A stretch of 64,000 bases of DNA from Lingula anatina (taxonomy: Eukaryota > Animalia > Brachiopoda), in NCBI GenBank assembly GCA_051362555.1, contig CM120640.1, forward strand, positions 18,972,001 to 19,036,000, in the 5' to 3' direction. The notes beneath the pieces were generated by a model. It worked only from the letters and a program-made list of their open reading frames with translations. It searched no databases and was not told the DNA's origin. Of this stretch, positions 60,415 through 64,000 are shown in pieces (position 1 is the first letter of the stretch; every line of letters begins with the position of its first letter). A program made the translations under genes and the position numbers.

Positions 60415-63400
60415 TTACATATATGCAGTTATAAGAAGTAGATCTTTACTTTTATTCGCCATTATCTGACAGTTTTGCTCAAGTCAGATTTGAAATTGAT
60501 GGCAACTGATGTGTAACAGTTTAATTTGTCTATAATGGCATCGTTCACTGTGTTCATGTTGTCATTGGAACTCCCTAGTTAGCTTGGGAAGGGTTAATTG
60601 GGTCTTAACTCTAAGGTTTGGAAAAAGTGCTTTTTGACCCAGGACAAATTAATAGCAGTAGAAGTAAATGTCATGTTGCACCTGCTTTGTAACAAGAAAG
60701 AAATCATTAAATTAAATCCTCATCAAATCATCCAGAATAAAAACTAGACTGAAATCTTAGCCTAAAATTTTAAGAGCAAATATTTGTCTCAGGTTATTTT
60801 CAGAAACTGGCCCCAGTGATGGATCAGGTCAGCAAAGCTTACCCCCCCCCCCCCCCCCCCCCTTCTTCACTGTTCATTTTCTTCACATATTGTGTCCATT
60901 ACTCTCTCTTAGCATTCGATTTGCTTGTATTGAAAGATATTTTGTATGCAATTTTCATCATTCACTTGATCAGTGGCAGCAGAACAATGTAATTCCCAGC
61001 TGATGTCAGTCACATTAAACATGATTTATATACAGTATATGGGAGGGATATGTCCCTTGATTTCCATCTCTCTTTTTATTCTCTATTTCTCATTGCTCCC
61101 TCAAATCAATTCTAATTTTAATTGACTGATTTGGTGTTTAACCTTTGAATGGTCCATGACGGGCATCCTTATTTTTAAAAGTACCTGTACATTTGGCCTA
61201 TTCTTCTAAGCACTTCTGCTTTGTCATCTGCATTGGTCATAATGTTTCTGCACCTGACTAAGAGTTGTAGGGGTGAGACAAATTCTAGGTATTGATTGGT
61301 CTGTGAAGGTTGTCAATACCCTTTGAAAAATCTGTAGTGATCCATTTTGGCAAGATATGATGCAAGTGCTCAAGAAGACTGTGTTTCTGTCTGGCATTTC
61401 TTCATTGGGGAATTTGATGTTGTTTGGGAGATGCAGGGGATTGCTATCATTCTACTTAGATCGATCCAACTCCACTGGGGTCTACCTGAATGCATTGCAT
61501 ACATGCCTCCTCATCTTCCTAATGTACATATATACTCACCAGCTTTTATGTATTCTACCCAATGGAAAAAGGAGTCATACTAATCTGTCAATCTGATTGC
61601 ATTTAGCAAGAGTCCCTGCACAGTTGGATTGACCTAGCTAGAATGGTAGTTTCATTGGGAATGAGCCGGTAGATCTTAGTATAAATTCCAGGGGGTTCAT
61701 GTGAGTCCTCATGACAACAAAAGTACACACTTGGTAAGAACTTCACCTGTAAGGGGTTAATAATACCAAGGACAATTGCAATAGCTAATTGCTTTCTAAA
61801 ATATTGCTGAAGAACTGAAATCCTACTTGGTTTAGTTTGATTTGATTAACAAACTTTTTTATAGCCAGAAAGACTGGGCATCTCTTATTTCTTCATTTCA
61901 GACCGAAAGCTGCTGTACAGTGATTTCCCCCACAGTTTGTACATACAGAACTACAGTACAGCAGAAGCCACCTGCATTGCGTTAAAAAAATGGGTGTTTA
62001 CTCTCTCAAGGGAGTTGAGTCTTAGTCATGATGAGATGGCCGTGAATTTCTTTTTTCATCAGGTATTCTACTGTTTCCTAGTGTGTGCGGTGAAGTGAAT
62101 ATTTTTAAATTGAAATTGTAAGATTCTAAAAAATCATCTGAAAGTTGATAAATTCAGAGTATTGGTTGAGAGTACCCATCTGTAAAATGTAGTTTTTTTA
62201 CAGGAGAGCGCTGGCAGAAAAAGTATCTCAGCACCCTTGTATGATTTCATATAAATGTTATTTTTGGAAGTGTTCTCCCTCTAATAACCTGTTTTCTGTT
62301 CTGTTGAAGGCACATGAAGAAGTCAGCAGGGGCACTATCAAATCAAAAGATAAACTTTATGAACTCAAGGCCTTACACCAAGCGAATAAGCAGCAGGAGG
62401 TATATTAAAACAATGCACAGACATAACAGAAAAGAATCTTTTTAAAAAGCTTTGCATCTCTGCACATAATGTTATTTTAAATAAAAGCCACTTAAATGAT
62501 TGGTACATTATCTTGCAAGGCTGACACTTGTTACTTTAAATGTGGAATTGTTTTCTGCACAGTCGAACATAAGTCCCAATGTGCTTGAATTATAGATGTG
62601 CGCAGTAACTGACTCCCACTGTGCTTACCCTTTCAGTATTTGAAGATTGTCCGTCACCTGGATGGCTATGGTGAAGTTGTGTTCCCCCACTGTCCTTGTG
62701 ATGCTAAAAAGGAAGGACATGTCATAGTCAGATTTTCATTGGAAAACCTGAAGTTACAAGCTTGTCAAGAAGATGGATCACCAGAGGTTTGTAGAAGAGG
62801 AGAATTGATTGGAAAAGAAAGAACAGAACTAAGCATTTTTAGGTCTTTTGTTGAGGAGTTTAGTTTGAGGAAAGCCAATCCGTAACTTCTTTGTTTTGTG
62901 CAAATTTGTGTTGTTTTGTATAAATGAATGCTGGTGAATTTTTTCAATGCATGAAACTAACTACAGAATTGTTCTTTTCTAGACTCAAGTCATTGAATTT
63001 CCATGGAGCTGCATAAAACAGCATGAGTTTGATGAAGAAGGAATGACATGCAATTTTTATTATGAGAGAGAGGGCAAAAAGGCACGATGGGTGCGAATTC
63101 AATCTCCACATGTAAGTTTTTATTTTAAGATGATAGTATTACAGATAAATTTATGTGCTCAAAACTAAAAAAGTAAGAAAGTTTATCTTTCAATAAGTAT
63201 ACTGTTTGCACCAGTGTGGCTTGTTCCTCTCTTTGTGAAACAAGCTGGCTGTATAATTTTCATCTCAAAGATGATTTTTAAGTACAAACACTATTAGAGC
63301 CTGTGTATATTCTTATCAGGTGTGTGTCTGCCCATGATTTTGGTGCTGTCCTCCCCACCTGGCACTAAAGCCATTGCCTCTAATGTTGTGTTTTCTTAAA

Positions 63401-63790
63401 TAATATGGCAACCCATGAGTTGGATAAATACAGAGAAATCATATTTGAGAACAAACACACACATGTGCACATTAATATTCTCTTATTGCTTGGTTGCAAT
63501 ATATGCATGGTTATTATGGATCTTTTGTATCAATCCTGAATCTTATTCATATCTCTGGGGAGAATACAACCCAAGCTGCACCATACTTGATGCTGGGAAT
63601 TATTACTCAACCAAGAAGGATTTCATAATGACCAGGTCTTTGAAACTCAAAAACTTTGAAACTCTTTATTTCATAATGAAAAACTATCCACTGTTATGGC
63701 CACTCTCTACATTTTTCTTTTCTTTAGGCCATGTATATGTATGAGTGCTTTGAGAGGATTTTCACAGAACTAGAATGGAATGACACTGAG
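49424..63790 (+). CDS. SNX27: Sorting nexin 27 (PDZ-PX-FERM-like); last exon beyond window
   Basis: Exons 49424-49683, 56238-56320, 56818-56966, 58306-58498, 59002-59069, 59634-59738, 60166-60244, 61902-62062, 62310-62399, 62637-62786, 62983-63111, 63728-63790 (510 codons, frame intact). [37 protein letters not shown]; [38 protein letters not shown]; FERM-like [26 protein letters not shown]. Start may be the second ATG at 49433 (MADSEEE). Confidence 0.96.
50245..50297. repeat. (CA)n microsatellite
   Basis: Direct reading. Confidence 0.95.
51598..52017. repeat. Perfect 51-bp inverted repeat with 318-bp spacer in SNX27 intron 1
   Basis: 51598-51648 GTCTCTTCCTCAAGTTTTCTTTGGGAGGATTCTTTTCACAAATATTTTAAA is the exact reverse complement of 51967-52017. 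Confidence 0.9.
54181..54392. mobile_element. MITE family 2, copy 2
   Basis: TIR TTCCCACAGATATTTAGATCGAT / ATCGATCTAAATATGTGGGAA; collinear with 13911-14123. Confidence 0.78.
61445..61667. mobile_element. Diverged/truncated relative of the 10797 MITE
   Basis: Shares GATCCAACTCCA, ACCAGCTTTT, CTGATTGCATT, CACAGTTGGATTGAC and right TIR TTTCATTGGGAATGAGCC in the same order. Confidence 0.65.
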
Positions 63791-64000
63791 GTAAGTTGAA
63801 TCTTTTTATTGTCATGTCTTTTGATGTCCTTACTTAAGTGTCAATATATGATATGCTGTGTAAAGTGTAAACTTGAAAAGTACTCAACTAATAAGATGTA
63901 GAAAAGTATGTTAAAAGTAGGAGAAAGGTGTGTTACAGTAGTCAAGTAGAAGTTAATATGCCACAAGCATGAGAACAGCTAGTTTTCTAATTAATCTCAT

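Overview
AT-rich eukaryotic (invertebrate, probably mollusc-like; inferred) genomic DNA with GT-AG intron genes. (1) 1189-16759 (+): 3' part of a TRPM1/3-type cation channel with no kinase or NUDT9-H domain. It has a tandemly duplicated, frame-incompatible pair of 124-nt exons, each encoding the outer pore loop plus S6, and a candidate 21-nt microexon. (2) ~20-27.6 kb: CpG-richer intergenic region with a 3.3-kb TA-flanked TIR element. (3) 29111-49353 (-): a 23-exon, ~1140-aa gene with an unusual B-box / coiled-coil / 2x extended Tudor / Pro-His-Gly low-complexity / CCHC zinc-knuckle architecture (RNF17/Qin-like but without RING). One intron hosts an opposite-strand, single-coding-exon ankyrin-SOCS-box gene; others hold a Helentron-like element and a 2.7-kb TIR element. 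(4) 49424 to the window end (+): sorting nexin 27, head-to-head with the Tudor gene, start codons only ~70 bp apart. All exon models were built by hand from splice signals and reading-frame phase; no database searches were run.
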